DNA from: a bacterium
GTDB lineage: Bacteria > J088 > JAWLBW01
Direction: 5' to 3'
Assembly (NCBI GenBank): GCA_041690355.1
Contig: JAWLHK010000001.1
Span: 124,001 to 188,000, forward strand
Length of the DNA stretch: 64,000 bases
The notes under the pieces were generated by a model. The model was not told where the DNA came from. It searched no databases and worked only from the letters and a program-made list of their open reading frames with translations. The position numbers and the translations under genes were made by a program. Numbering within the stretch: position 1 is the first letter of the stretch; each line of letters begins with the position of its first letter. Shown here in pieces: positions 45,989-56,229 of this stretch.

Positions 45989-48931
45989 ATGCGCCGCACG
46001 TTGCCCGCAGGTCTGCTGCTCTGCCTGGTTCTGGCGCTGCCCCGACCGGCGGCCGCCGCAAGTCCCGGCCCTGCGGAACGGGAGCTCCGGCTCGAAACGA
46101 TCTTTCCCGCCATCGCAGGCAAGAACCGGGTGCGATGGTTTGATTTCGACTGGCAGTACCACGATTTTCAACCGGTGGCCGGGGGGGCCCCGGTGCGCCT
46201 CTATTTCTACGAGTCGGAGCGCAACGTGGCCAACATGGCCAAACCGATGATCGACGCGGCCTACACCGATCTGGCGCGCACCTTCGACTACGTGCCGCAG
46301 GTCGACATCCCCTTTCTGCTCTATAATTCGCACTTCGAGTTCGAGTCGACACAGGCCTTCTTCATCTCCGAGGGTGTCCTCGGCGTGACCAGCACCCAGG
46401 ATCTGACCATGGCGCTCCCCTACTGGGGCGAGCACTGGCGGTTCCGGCACGTCATGCGCCATGAGCTGGCCCACCAGTTCACCATTCAGAAAGTGCTCTC
46501 CGTGAGCGCCGACGCCCCCTGCAATCCACTGCAGTACATGCCGCTCTGGTTCATCGAGGGTCTGGCCGAGCACGTCTCGCTCGGCCATCTGACGTCCGAC
46601 GTGCACGCCGTTCTCGCCGACCGGGCCATCCGCCGGGGGGATGACGATGATGAAGAGATCCCGGCCTTCTTCGACATGATGCCGATGACCTTCGAGCGCG
46701 TCTATCTCATCGGCCATGCGCAAGTGCGGTTTCTGAACGAGACCTTCGGCGAAGACACCGCCGTGCGCCTGCTGCAGGAGTCGCCGAGCCTGTGCACCTC
46801 ATTCTCTTTCTTTTCGGCCTCGTCAGCCGCCGTCGACTTTGCCGGACTCATCGCCAGGGTTACGGGGTGGACCCCCGACATGATCGAAACGCAGTGGCGC
46901 GCCTGGGTCGAGAACCTCGTCGCGCCGGCCCGCGCCGCCCGCCACGCGCTCGAGACCCTCGAGATCGTCGACCACCTCGGCGCCGGCGAAATCGATTCCT
47001 TCTCGCTGAGCCCCGACGGAACGACCCTCTTCTACCGGACCCTCGACATGGACACCGGGGTGGCGCGCCTCTACCTCAAGGATCTGCGCGACCCCGACTC
47101 TCAGCACGAGGTCACCTCGGACCGGCGTATCGGCCTGACCTCGCTGCACCCGTTCGACCGGCGGGTGACGGCCATCGGCAGCGATCGCGTCGCCTACATC
47201 GGCCGCGACGGAGCGACCGACGTGCTCTTCGTGCGCACATGGCGGCGCGAAGAAGACGGCGGCAACGTCCGGTTCCGCCTCGGAAAAGAACGAAAACACA
47301 GGCTGAATCATTACGGGAACCTCATCGAGGGCGGCTACCCTGCGATTCACCCGCAGACCGGGTCGGTCTACCTCATCGGGCTCGACCGGCGCACGGGGCG
47401 CCTCGATGTCTTCGCCTTCCGCGATCCGCTCGCCGAAGAGCCGGGTCTGCTGCGCATCACCGACGACCTCTACGCCGAGACGGGCCTGACCATCGATCCC
47501 GACGGGACCGTTTTCGTGTCGACCGACGCAACCCTCGACGCCCGCTTCGAGATCGTCCGCATCGAGGCGGGGCGCAAGATTCCCCTCACCGACTTTCCGG
47601 GTAATGCCGAGGCCGTCGGGGCGGCGCCGGGGGGCGAACGCGGCTTCGTCTTTCAGGCCGACGCCACCGGCTTTCGCCAGGTCTACCGGTACGACGACGG
47701 GCGCGTGACCCGCGTCTCCGAGGTGCCCACCTCGCTCGGGAACCCGGCCGTCGACGCCGACGGACACCTCCTGGGCATCGCGCTCGTCGACGGCAAACGG
47801 CGCGTCGTGCGCATCCGCGAACCGGTGTCCGAGCCGGTCCCCTTCGCCCGCGAACCGGAGCTGGTCGCCTGGGAAATTCCCCGGGAAGAGATCGGCGACA
47901 CCCCCGACTACAACCCGTACCGGCCGGCGAACTACGACCTGATCGGCGCCCAGGCGGCCGCCGCGGGGGGGCCGTTCGCCTACGGCGATCTCGTCTTCGC
48001 CGATCTCTTCAAGAACCATATCGCCGGCCTCTCGGCCGTCTACAGCGGCGCGCTCGACATCGGCGAGTTCCGCCTCTTCTATCTGGATCGTACTTCGCGT
48101 CTGGCCAAGGGGGGATCGGCCTATCTCTACAATGGGCTGCAGCTCGAGCCCGGCTTCCAGAACGGCGGCGAAACGTTTCTGCTCCAGCGGGCGGGGGCCA
48201 GCTTCGACGTCGAGTATCCGTTCGGCACGTATACGCGCGTCTCGGCTTCGCTGGCGCCGCAGCGGCTGCGTGCCTACCGCTTCAGCAACCCCGGGAGCGA
48301 GTTCGCCGAATCACGGCGCCTCAGCGTCTTCGCTACCGAGCTGCGCCTGCAGTACGCCCTCGACACGCTGCGCATGTCGTTGTTCGGGCCGGTGCGCGGA
48401 TTCTCCTTCGTGGTCAACGGCAGCGGCACGCTGACCTTCGGCGGCCCGCGCCCCTTCTCGCGCGCCGAAACCGACATCCAGTACTACTATCCGTTCATTC
48501 ACGGCTACGAACGTTTCGTGGGCTCGCTGCGCGTCGCCGGGGGCACAAGCCTGGGGGGCGTCTTCCGCGAGCAGTACTACATCCCGGCGGCCTACAACCT
48601 GCGCGCGATCCCCGAGGCGAGCGACGATCTCTACGGCGAACACTACCTGCTGTCGCAGGCCGAAGTACAGTTCCCCCTCTCGCCGGTTCTGGGGGACTTT
48701 CTCTTCCTGCAGGGGGTGGTCGGCTTCGACGCGGGGGGCATTGCCTTCGCCATCGAGCGGGTTCTCGATGCCCGGGTCGCCGCGGGGGTCGTCGGCGCGA
48801 ACCTCGGCATCGGTCCGGTGGCGCTTCGTCTCCACTACGCCAAGCCGGTCGACATCGGCCGCGGCGTCACCGATACCGGCTGGATGAGCTACCTCTCGGT
48901 CCTGCTGTCACCGCTTCTGTTCGCGCAGTAG
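45989..48931 (+). CDS. Outer-membrane protein: HExxH peptidase-like domain, TolB-like propeller and Omp85-like barrel
   Basis: Signal peptide; HELAHQF...WFIEGLAE; SLSPDG PD40-like repeat; C-terminal barrel with LRA..., E.QFP and LRLHYA. Confidence 0.75.
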   Translation: MRRTLPAGLLLCLVLALPRPAAAASPGPAERELRLETIFPAIAGKNRVRWFDFDWQYHDFQPVAGGAPVRLYFYESERNVANMAKPMIDAAYTDLARTFDYVPQVDIPFLLYNSHFEFESTQAFFISEGVLGVTSTQDLTMALPYWGEHWRFRHVMRHELAHQFTIQKVLSVSADAPCNPLQYMPLWFIEGLAEHVSLGHLTSDVHAVLADRAIRRGDDDDEEIPAFFDMMPMTFERVYLIGHAQVRFLNETFGEDTAVRLLQESPSLCTSFSFFSASSAAVDFAGLIARVTGWTPDMIETQWRAWVENLVAPARAARHALETLEIVDHLGAGEIDSFSLSPDGTTLFYRTLDMDTGVARLYLKDLRDPDSQHEVTSDRRIGLTSLHPFDRRVTAIGSDRVAYIGRDGATDVLFVRTWRREEDGGNVRFRLGKERKHRLNHYGNLIEGGYPAIHPQTGSVYLIGLDRRTGRLDVFAFRDPLAEEPGLLRITDDLYAETGLTIDPDGTVFVSTDATLDARFEIVRIEAGRKIPLTDFPGNAEAVGAAPGGERGFVFQADATGFRQVYRYDDGRVTRVSEVPTSLGNPAVDADGHLLGIALVDGKRRVVRIREPVSEPVPFAREPELVAWEIPREEIGDTPDYNPYRPANYDLIGAQAAAAGGPFAYGDLVFADLFKNHIAGLSAVYSGALDIGEFRLFYLDRTSRLAKGGSAYLYNGLQLEPGFQNGGETFLLQRAGASFDVEYPFGTYTRVSASLAPQRLRAYRFSNPGSEFAESRRLSVFATELRLQYALDTLRMSLFGPVRGFSFVVNGSGTLTFGGPRPFSRAETDIQYYYPFIHGYERFVGSLRVAGGTSLGGVFREQYYIPAAYNLRAIPEASDDLYGEHYLLSQAEVQFPLSPVLGDFLFLQGVVGFDAGGIAFAIERVLDARVAAGVVGANLGIGPVALRLHYAKPVDIGRGVTDTGWMSYLSVLLSPLLFAQ

Positions 48932-49007
48932 CCGGCCTTCCGGTTTCCCGCGCAAGTAGACACGCGCGGCGGGGTCCGAGGCGCCGCCGGAACGGATCCT
49001 GCCGGGC

Positions 49008-49412
49008 TCAGCGGTACGCCTTCAGTTCGCGGTTGGCCGCCTCGGCACGTTTGGCCAGCGTGCGGCGCAGGAACTGGCTGACCTCGATCAGGTCTTCGAG
49101 GCCGAGGCTGCCGATGGCATTCTTGGCGGCCATGACCGTGCCCGGCTGGCGGGGAATTCCGCTGCGCACACGGCGCCCGGCGGATGCACGGCCGCCGCGC
49201 GCGCGCGGGGCCGCCTCGGGGAGACCGAAGGCCCTGCGCACATCGGGCTGCGTGCTTGCCGCCACGCCCACCGAACCGGGGGTCATGCCCGAGGCCTTGG
49301 CCGCCTGGGCGACTTTGTCTTTGCGGCTCATCGACTCCCAGCCCTTGGGCGGACGCTTGAGAAACGTGCGCAGCTTTTCGATCTTGGTAGTTCCGTTCGC
49401 TCGCTTGGCCAT
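49008..49412 (-). CDS. Small basic hypothetical protein
   Basis: 134 aa, Lys/Arg-rich; GAGGA SD. Confidence 0.65.
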   Translation of the reverse strand: MAKRANGTTKIEKLRTFLKRPPKGWESMSRKDKVAQAAKASGMTPGSVGVAASTQPDVRRAFGLPEAAPRARGGRASAGRRVRSGIPRQPGTVMAAKNAIGSLGLEDLIEVSQFLRRTLAKRAEAANRELKAYR

Positions 49413-49538
49413 AAAGCGGTCATCCTCGCATCGGTGAAGTAATCGTCTTCGCGTCTTTGCACGCGCGGCGCGACCCGCAGAACGCGGGTTGTCGCGATTA
49501 TTCTAGCGCTTCGCCCAGCGGGACACACGCCGAAAACG

Positions 49539-49931
49539 CTACTTCTTCTCGAAATCGAGCGAGAGCGAATTCACGCAATAGCGCAGGCCCGTCGGTCGGG
49601 GCCCGTCGCGGAACACGTGCCCGAGATGCGCTCCGCAGCGTGCACAGTGAATCTCGGTGCGCACCATGCCATAGGCGCGATCCTCTTCGGTCTCGACGCG
49701 ATCGTCGGCCAGCGGCGCGAAGAAGCTCGGCCAGCCCGACCCCGATTCGAACTTCGTGTCGGAGCTGAACAGCTCGAGGCCGCAGGCGACGCAGTGGTAG
49801 ACGCCGCTATCCTGCAGATGATAGTACTTGCCCGTGAACGCGCGCTCGGTTCCCTTGTGGCGAACGATTTCGAACTGTTCGGGCGTCAGTTTCTTCTGCA
49901 GCTCTTCATCCGAGAGTTTAATCTTGTCCAT
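49539..49931 (-). CDS. msrB: Peptide methionine-R-sulfoxide reductase
   Basis: GTERAF, CxxC twice, [23 protein letters not shown]. Confidence 0.96.
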   Translation of the reverse strand: MDKIKLSDEELQKKLTPEQFEIVRHKGTERAFTGKYYHLQDSGVYHCVACGLELFSSDTKFESGSGWPSFFAPLADDRVETEEDRAYGMVRTEIHCARCGAHLGHVFRDGPRPTGLRYCVNSLSLDFEKK

Positions 49932-50062
49932 GTCTGGATCGTACCCGATTCCCGGGCGCGGCGGAACGTTCGGGCCTGCAGGGCGAAGCGGCAAGGGGTA
50001 CAATGCCCGGTGCCCGCACCCGTTACGTTTCACCTGCCCCGCTTCAGTTCGAGGAGAGTTCC

Positions 50063-52273
50063 ATGCCGGCGTTGAGTATTATCCTGGCCGCGATCGCCGC
50101 CGTCGCCCCCGTCACCGCAGAGACGCATGCCGCTCCCATTACCCATGCCACGGCCCCTGCGGATGCCGCCGCACCCCAAAGCATGCCTGCCGATGCCCCC
50201 CTGCCGGCGGCGACGCCCGTGAGTTCGCCGACGCCCGCGATGCCGGAGTCCCGCGCCGATGCAGCCTGGCCCGGATCGACCACGATGAGCGCCGCCGCCC
50301 TTGCCGGAAGCGCCCTCGAGCTGACGGTGACGGCCACCCGGCTGGAACAGGACGTATTTACCCTGCCGCCCATGACGTCGGTCATCGAGGCGCGTCTCGG
50401 TCAGGTGCCGATGGATCAGACCCCCGATCTGCTGCGCACGACCCCGGGGGTACTCATCCAGAAGAGCAATCACGGCGGCGGCTCTCCGTTTCTGCACGGT
50501 CTCACCGGCAAACAGGTACTTTTGCTGGTCGACGGCGTGCGCATGAACAATTCCATCTACCGCTACGGTCCCCACCAGTACCTCAACACGGTAGATCCGT
50601 ATCAGATCCGGCGCATCGAAATCGTCGGGGGTCCCGGCTCGGTGCTCTACGGATCCGACGCCCTCGGCGGGGTCGTCAACATCCTCACTGACGAGCCGTC
50701 GGGACGCGCCGGGGCAGGCTTCGCGCTCGGCGGCGAGACGGCCGATGCTTCGCTGCGCGGCCGCTTCGAGTTTCAGGGATCCGCAGAGGAAACCGGGTGG
50801 CTGCTCGGCGCCAGCGCGCATCGCTTCGGCAACCTGCGCGCGGGGGGCGACGTCGGGGTCCAGCCGCATACGGCCTACGAGGCGCTGGCGGCCGACGCCA
50901 AGGTGCGCCACCGCCTGTCTGCCCGGTTCACGCTTACCGGCGCGGCCCAGTATGTGCGCCAGTTCGACGTGCCCAAGAGCAACGAGATGCTGCTCGGCGG
51001 CAAGACGGCCTATTTCTACGAGCCGCAGGTGCGCCTGTTGACCTATGCCCAGGCCGACGGGCGCGATCTCGGCGCCGTTCTGTTCGACGCCGTGCGCCTG
51101 AACGTCAATTTTCAGCTGCACGAAGAGGGCGAGGTCATCCGCGACACGCCGACCGCTCCCGAGATCCGTGAGCGCACGGCGGTGCGCACGCCGGGCGCGT
51201 TCGTCCACTTCACGCGGACCCTCGGTGAGCGCAATACCCTCGGTTACGGCGGCGAACTGTATGCCGATCGAATCGCGAGTGAAGCCGAAGAGCGTTCAGG
51301 CACCGGCGTGGTGCCGCGGCGGCCCACCTTTCCCGACGATGCGCGCTACACATCGTGGGGAGCCTATCTCCAGGATGCGTGGCGTCCCCTCGATTCGCTG
51401 CACCTTCTCGCCGGCGGCCGCTACTCGCGTTTCCGCGCCGACGGTTCGCTCCCCTCTTCGCTCAGCGGACGACCGGTCGCCCTCGCGCTCGACGCCGACG
51501 ACTGGACCGGCAGCGCCGGCGCCGTCTGGGAATTTCTCTCCGGCCTCGCCGTCGCCGGCCAGGTCGCCCAAGGGTTCCGCGCGCCGAACATGGAAGACTT
51601 CTTCGGCAAGGTCGACTTCGCGCGCGAGATCCCGAACCCGCAGCTGCGTCCCGAGAAGTCACTCGACTGGGAGGGGGGGCTGCGGCTGCGCCGCGCCGGC
51701 GTGCGCGCCGAGGCATTCTACTTCGACAGCCGCTACCGGGATCTGATCGATCGCGCAGACGTGCGTCTCGACATCGACGGCGACGGCACGCTCGACACGG
51801 TGGCCCAGCGCCGGAACATCGGCCGCGCGCGCATCCGGGGTGTGGCGGGAGGGCTCACGTGGAACCCCGATCCGCTGGAGCTGTTCGCGACCTACAGCTG
51901 GACGAAGGGAGACACGCTGGAGCACGTCGGCGGCGAGTGGACGCCGACGGAGCCGCTGCGGCGCATCCCGCCGCAACTCGGCGCGGGCGGAATCCGCTGG
52001 TTGTGGGCGACGCAAAGTTTCGCCGGCGCCGAGGTGGAGTGGGCCGACCGGCAGGATCGGCTCGCACCGGGCGACATCAGCGACCCCCGCATCGGTCCGG
52101 GGGGAACACCGGGGTATGCCGTGCTGCACCTGCGCGGCGGCATCGATTTCGGGGAGGACGGCCGCCTGCTGCTCGGCCTCGAGAACGTGTTCGACCGCCA
52201 GTACAAGGATCACGGTTCGGGCATCTGGTACGCCGGCCGCAACGCCTACGTGGAATACCGCATCGGGCTCTAG
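50063..52273 (+). CDS. TonB-dependent receptor
   Basis: VTATR TonB box, [25 protein letters not shown] plug, FRAPN, ENVFD..Y; GAGGAG SD. Confidence 0.93.
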   Translation: MPALSIILAAIAAVAPVTAETHAAPITHATAPADAAAPQSMPADAPLPAATPVSSPTPAMPESRADAAWPGSTTMSAAALAGSALELTVTATRLEQDVFTLPPMTSVIEARLGQVPMDQTPDLLRTTPGVLIQKSNHGGGSPFLHGLTGKQVLLLVDGVRMNNSIYRYGPHQYLNTVDPYQIRRIEIVGGPGSVLYGSDALGGVVNILTDEPSGRAGAGFALGGETADASLRGRFEFQGSAEETGWLLGASAHRFGNLRAGGDVGVQPHTAYEALAADAKVRHRLSARFTLTGAAQYVRQFDVPKSNEMLLGGKTAYFYEPQVRLLTYAQADGRDLGAVLFDAVRLNVNFQLHEEGEVIRDTPTAPEIRERTAVRTPGAFVHFTRTLGERNTLGYGGELYADRIASEAEERSGTGVVPRRPTFPDDARYTSWGAYLQDAWRPLDSLHLLAGGRYSRFRADGSLPSSLSGRPVALALDADDWTGSAGAVWEFLSGLAVAGQVAQGFRAPNMEDFFGKVDFAREIPNPQLRPEKSLDWEGGLRLRRAGVRAEAFYFDSRYRDLIDRADVRLDIDGDGTLDTVAQRRNIGRARIRGVAGGLTWNPDPLELFATYSWTKGDTLEHVGGEWTPTEPLRRIPPQLGAGGIRWLWATQSFAGAEVEWADRQDRLAPGDISDPRIGPGGTPGYAVLHLRGGIDFGEDGRLLLGLENVFDRQYKDHGSGIWYAGRNAYVEYRIGL

Positions 52274-52370
52274 CAGGGGGAAGTATTCCGGCGCGGAAGA
52301 ACGCGCCCCGAACAAATAACGGCCGGCCGCACCCGCCCGGGCGGCCGGCCGTCTGCTTACGGGAGAGAGC

Positions 52371-53750
52371 CTAAAATGCTCCTCGTCCCCAACACCAGAG
52401 CTCGCCGCCCAGGCGCATGGCGCAGGTCTGATCGCCCCCGGCCTGTACGGCCGACCAGTCGTACCGATCGCTGACCTGCACCGGGGCCGCGACCGATCCC
52501 GGCAGGCCCGAACCGAGCTGGCCCGCGCCGTTACTGCCCCAGCACCAGAGCGTACGATTGTACTTGAGGCCGCAGGAGTGCGCGCCGCCGGCGCTCACCC
52601 GGCTCCAGTCGACCGCGGCACCGACACGTACCGGAACCGTATGCGTCCCCTCGACGCCGAGCTGGCGCGCATCGTTGGCCCCCCAGCACCACAGCTCGCC
52701 CCCCACCGTCGTGGCGCACGTGTGCCGTTTACCCGCCGCGACAGAGATCCAGCGCTTGTCGGCGCCGATGAGGCGGGGGTAGGACGTATCCTCGTCGGCA
52801 GTGCCGATCTGCCCGTCGGCGTCGTCACCCCAGCACCATAGCGAATTGTCGCTGCGGATGCCGCAGGTGTGGAAATCCCCCGCCGTCAGATCGATCCAGT
52901 TGGTACCAATCCCGACGCGAATGGGCTTGCGCGATTCGATGACATGATTTTCGCCCAGCTGGCCCGAGACGTTGTCGCCCCAGCACCACAGGGTGCGGTC
53001 GGTCTTGATGCCGCAGCTGTGATCGCGGCCGGCGACGACGAAGCGCCACCCGGGCGCATCCCCTTCGGGCGCATCGACGGCGAACGGCACAGGTTGCGGG
53101 TTCGCCGCCACGGAGGTCAACTGGTCCTGGCCGTTTGCCCCCCAGCAGTACAGCGCCCCGTCGTCGCGGACCGCGCACGTGTGCGCCGCGCCCGCACCGA
53201 CGGAGACCCAGGCATCGCTTTCGTCGATCGCCGCCGGCTCAGAACCGGATCCGGCGTGCCCGAGCTGCCCCTGCGCATTGGCCCCCCAGCAGAGCAGACG
53301 GCCGTCGCTGCGCACCCGGCACCCATGGTTCTCCCCGAGCGAGATCGTGCGCGCCGCCAGCTGCAGCCAGCGCTCGGCCGAAGCCGCCGGACCCGTTACC
53401 GTGCCGTCGAACGCATGAACCTCGACACGCCAGACGTCGCCGTATCCCGTGCGGTCCGTGGCGATCGCGGTGGCATCATCGGCAAATCCCTGCGGCTCGC
53501 CGTCGCGGAACCAGCGGTAGCGATACGTCAGCGTATCGCCGTCGAGATCCTCGGCGGGCCGTTCGAGCTCGACCCAGATCGGTCCGTCGCTGACGGCCAT
53601 GCGCGGCTCGATGCGCACCCGCGGCGCGGTCGGCGCCGTATTGGCCAGCGGCATCAGGCCGTCGCCCGAACCCGTGCCCGTCGTCGTCTTCTTGTCTCCG
53701 CAGGCCGCCAGCACCGGCAGCAGCAACAGCGCCGCAATCCACATGCGCAT
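52371..53750 (-). CDS. RCC1/BLIP-II repeat lipoprotein
   Basis: Lipobox LAAC; repeated AG..HTC.....G.LWCWG.N..GQLG. Confidence 0.9.
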   Translation of the reverse strand: MRMWIAALLLLPVLAACGDKKTTTGTGSGDGLMPLANTAPTAPRVRIEPRMAVSDGPIWVELERPAEDLDGDTLTYRYRWFRDGEPQGFADDATAIATDRTGYGDVWRVEVHAFDGTVTGPAASAERWLQLAARTISLGENHGCRVRSDGRLLCWGANAQGQLGHAGSGSEPAAIDESDAWVSVGAGAAHTCAVRDDGALYCWGANGQDQLTSVAANPQPVPFAVDAPEGDAPGWRFVVAGRDHSCGIKTDRTLWCWGDNVSGQLGENHVIESRKPIRVGIGTNWIDLTAGDFHTCGIRSDNSLWCWGDDADGQIGTADEDTSYPRLIGADKRWISVAAGKRHTCATTVGGELWCWGANDARQLGVEGTHTVPVRVGAAVDWSRVSAGGAHSCGLKYNRTLWCWGSNGAGQLGSGLPGSVAAPVQVSDRYDWSAVQAGGDQTCAMRLGGELWCWGRGAF

Positions 53751-53890
53751 CTTCGATTCCCCCCTTCGCGGTTACGCGAACAACCCACTCTCCTTTCAGT
53801 CTAGGGGTGGGCGGTCGGGAGTTCGAGCGTTCACGAAGGGGAAAAATACACGCGGCCTGCGAGGGCTTGACAGCAGGCTGCGCGAGGCGG

Positions 53891-54109
53891 TCAGGATGCG
53901 GCGCCGCGGCGCACGAGACGCAGCGCAGAGGCGATCCCCTTATAGAGGCCGCCGCAGAAGACAATCCAGAAGACGATCGATTCGCCGGCGGGGCTGCCCG
54001 CCGCCGTCAGGCGGTATACCCAGGAAGCAACGATCGCGCCTGCCCAGCCGCCGAGGGCGCCCGTGACCAGAAGCAGGGCCGCCCAGGCATTGCGGCGCCC
54101 GCGGGTCAT
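53891..54109 (-). CDS. Small membrane protein
   Basis: 72 aa with two hydrophobic segments; ATGA overlap with the mscS-family stop. Confidence 0.5.
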   Translation of the reverse strand: MTRGRRNAWAALLLVTGALGGWAGAIVASWVYRLTAAGSPAGESIVFWIVFCGGLYKGIASALRLVRRGAAS

Positions 54110-55344
54110 GCGCGTTCGAACCCGGCCGCCAGCCGGCGGGCACCTTCAACCACGTCGGCCCCCGACGGCTGCTGGTAGACACGCAGGCCGAATTCCGGCG
54201 CAATAGCGAAGAGGTGGTCGAAGATATCGGACTGGACGGCCTCATAGGCCACCCAGTCGGTGCGGTTCGCGAAGCAGTACACCTCGAGCGGGAGCCCCTG
54301 CGGCGTCGGCTGCAGCTGACGGCACATCAGCGTCATGCCCGTATGAATGCCCGGGTGTTGACGGAGATAGTTTTCGACGTAGACGCGAAAGGTGCCCACG
54401 TTCGTCAGCCGGCGCGCGTTGGCGATCATGCCCGGCTCGGGCGCGTGAAGGGCGTTGTGCCGGCGCAGGTCTTCGCGCTTGGCATCCACGTAATCGGTGA
54501 GCAGCACGAAGGTGCGCAGACGTTCCATCTCGGCATCCTCGAGATGCCTGACCGATCCGGCGTCCACGAAGATCGACCGTTTGATGCGCCGCCCGCCGCT
54601 CAGCGGCATGGTACGCCAGTTCTTGAAGCCCTGGCTGATGAGCGTGTAGGTGGGGATTGTCGTGACGGTCTTGTCCCAGTTTTCGACCTTCACGCTGTGC
54701 AGCGCGATGTCGATGACGACACCGTCGGCGTTCTGGCCGGGCATCTCGATCCAGTCGTCGACCCGCAGCATGTCGTTGCCCGCGAGCTGCACGCTGGCGA
54801 CGAAGCTGAGCAGCGTATCCTTGAAGACGAGCATGAGCACCGCGGTCATGGCGCCGATGCCGCTCAGGAAGAACCACGGAGACTTGTCGAGCAGCGTGGC
54901 CACGGCCACGATCGCGGCGACGATGAACAGCAGCAGCTGCGCGATCTGCACGTAGCCTTTGATGGGGCGCACGCGGCTCTGCGGTTTTGACGCATAGTAG
55001 ACGTTCAAGGCGCTCAGCAATCCGTTGACCGCGAGGGCGACCAGGATGACGACGGCGGTCCCCGACAGCCGGCTGAGCGCATGTGCGATCCGCTCGTGCA
55101 GCGGAAGGACGGCGGCACCGAAGTAGACGACGAGCGCCGGCGCCAGATCGGCGATGCGCCGGAAAACGCCGTGGCTTTCCAGATAATCGTCCCACCGGAA
55201 CTGAGTTTCCCGGGCGATGCGCCCGAGCACGTGACGCGAAAGGTACCGCGCGACGAGATGCGTCACGAGGGCGGCCGCGGCCAGCCCCCCGAGATAGGCC
55301 GCGTATTCTGCGAGGGGATACTTGTCGAACCAGTCAGCCAGCAT
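54106..55344 (-). CDS. ybdG: MscS-family mechanosensitive channel (YbdG-like)
   Basis: GA..AVL.LVFKDT, DWIEMP...ADG.V.DI, VKV.NWDKT, F.NWR.M..SGGRRIKR. Confidence 0.92.
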   Translation of the reverse strand: MLADWFDKYPLAEYAAYLGGLAAAALVTHLVARYLSRHVLGRIARETQFRWDDYLESHGVFRRIADLAPALVVYFGAAVLPLHERIAHALSRLSGTAVVILVALAVNGLLSALNVYYASKPQSRVRPIKGYVQIAQLLLFIVAAIVAVATLLDKSPWFFLSGIGAMTAVLMLVFKDTLLSFVASVQLAGNDMLRVDDWIEMPGQNADGVVIDIALHSVKVENWDKTVTTIPTYTLISQGFKNWRTMPLSGGRRIKRSIFVDAGSVRHLEDAEMERLRTFVLLTDYVDAKREDLRRHNALHAPEPGMIANARRLTNVGTFRVYVENYLRQHPGIHTGMTLMCRQLQPTPQGLPLEVYCFANRTDWVAYEAVQSDIFDHLFAIAPEFGLRVYQQPSGADVVEGARRLAAGFERA

Positions 55345-55381
55345 TTCGACAGTCGTCTCCTTTCGTCGTTATACTGAATCG

Positions 55382-55810
55382 ATGGACGAGAGCCTTCTTT
55401 ACATCAATGCAACGCTCTCCATCCCCCTGCGCGAGCTGCGCTTCGCGTTCAGCCGCGCGGGCGGCGCGGGCGGGCAGAACGTGAACAAGGTCAACACGCG
55501 CGTGGAGCTGCGCTTCGACATCGCGGGCTCGCCTTCGCTCGACGAGCGTCAGCGCGCGGTGCTCTGCCGGCGCCTTGCCAACCGAATCGACGGCGAGGGC
55601 GTCCTGCACCTGGTCGCGGCCACGGCCCGCACGCAGCTGGCCAACCGCGAGGCGGCCGTCGAGCGCTTGCGCGAGCTGCTGCGCGCGGCCCTGGTGCCGC
55701 CCCGCCCGCGCAAGGCGACCCGCCCGACCCGGGCGTCGAAAGAACGCCGCGTCAACGAAAAAAAGACGCACGGCGCCAAAAAGTCTTCGCGCCGGTGGCG
55801 GCCCGAATAA
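55382..55810 (+). CDS. arfB: Alternative ribosome rescue peptidyl-tRNA hydrolase
   Basis: SRAGGAGGQNVNKV, RTQ..NR, basic tail R..T.PT.AS..RR...K. Confidence 0.95.
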   Translation: MDESLLYINATLSIPLRELRFAFSRAGGAGGQNVNKVNTRVELRFDIAGSPSLDERQRAVLCRRLANRIDGEGVLHLVAATARTQLANREAAVERLRELLRAALVPPRPRKATRPTRASKERRVNEKKTHGAKKSSRRWRPE

Positions 55811-55825
55811 GCGGACCAGAAAAAC

Positions 55826-56191
55826 TCAGAACGGCTTCACGCCGCCGAGCCAGGCAGCCGCGATGGCCAAGGCGAGCACCACGAACCACATGGCGCGGGC
55901 GGCGCCGGGCATCCGGCCGACGACCGCGACGAGGGCGCCCAGAGCCACCCAGATCACGACCTTGACGGTCACCCACGCCGGCCACTCCTTTACGATGCCC
56001 ATGCGCGCGAGCAGCCCGAAGCCGCCGACCAAGGCCAGCAGAAGACCGACCCCGTGGCTGATGATCGAAGCCTTGCGCCAGGGGGCCTGTTTTCCTCCGC
56101 CGGCGACGGCGTTCAGGATCAGGGCGCCGAATCCCATCAGGACGAGAAAGACGCCGGCGAGGTGAAGAACCTTATAGAATTCGAAAGACAT
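55826..56191 (-). CDS. Four-TM membrane protein (SirB2-like)
   Basis: YKVLH, HG.GL...LVGGFG, W...K...W, terminal KPF. Confidence 0.75.
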   Translation of the reverse strand: MSFEFYKVLHLAGVFLVLMGFGALILNAVAGGGKQAPWRKASIISHGVGLLLALVGGFGLLARMGIVKEWPAWVTVKVVIWVALGALVAVVGRMPGAARAMWFVVLALAIAAAWLGGVKPF

Positions 56192-56229
56192 GCGAGACGT
56201 TCCCTTGAAAGGGATCATCGTACTCGCGT

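Noticed and set aside
49940-50062. Possible cobalamin riboswitch upstream of the TonB receptor
   Set aside because: Some complementarity exists (gaagcgg/ccgcttc), but I could not find B12-box or GGGAA/GCCACTG motifs. An Rfam scan would settle it.
53751-53890. tRNA-like or structured leader upstream of the RCC1 lipoprotein
   Set aside because: Only short hairpins and an isolated GTTCGA are present; no cloverleaf can be built.
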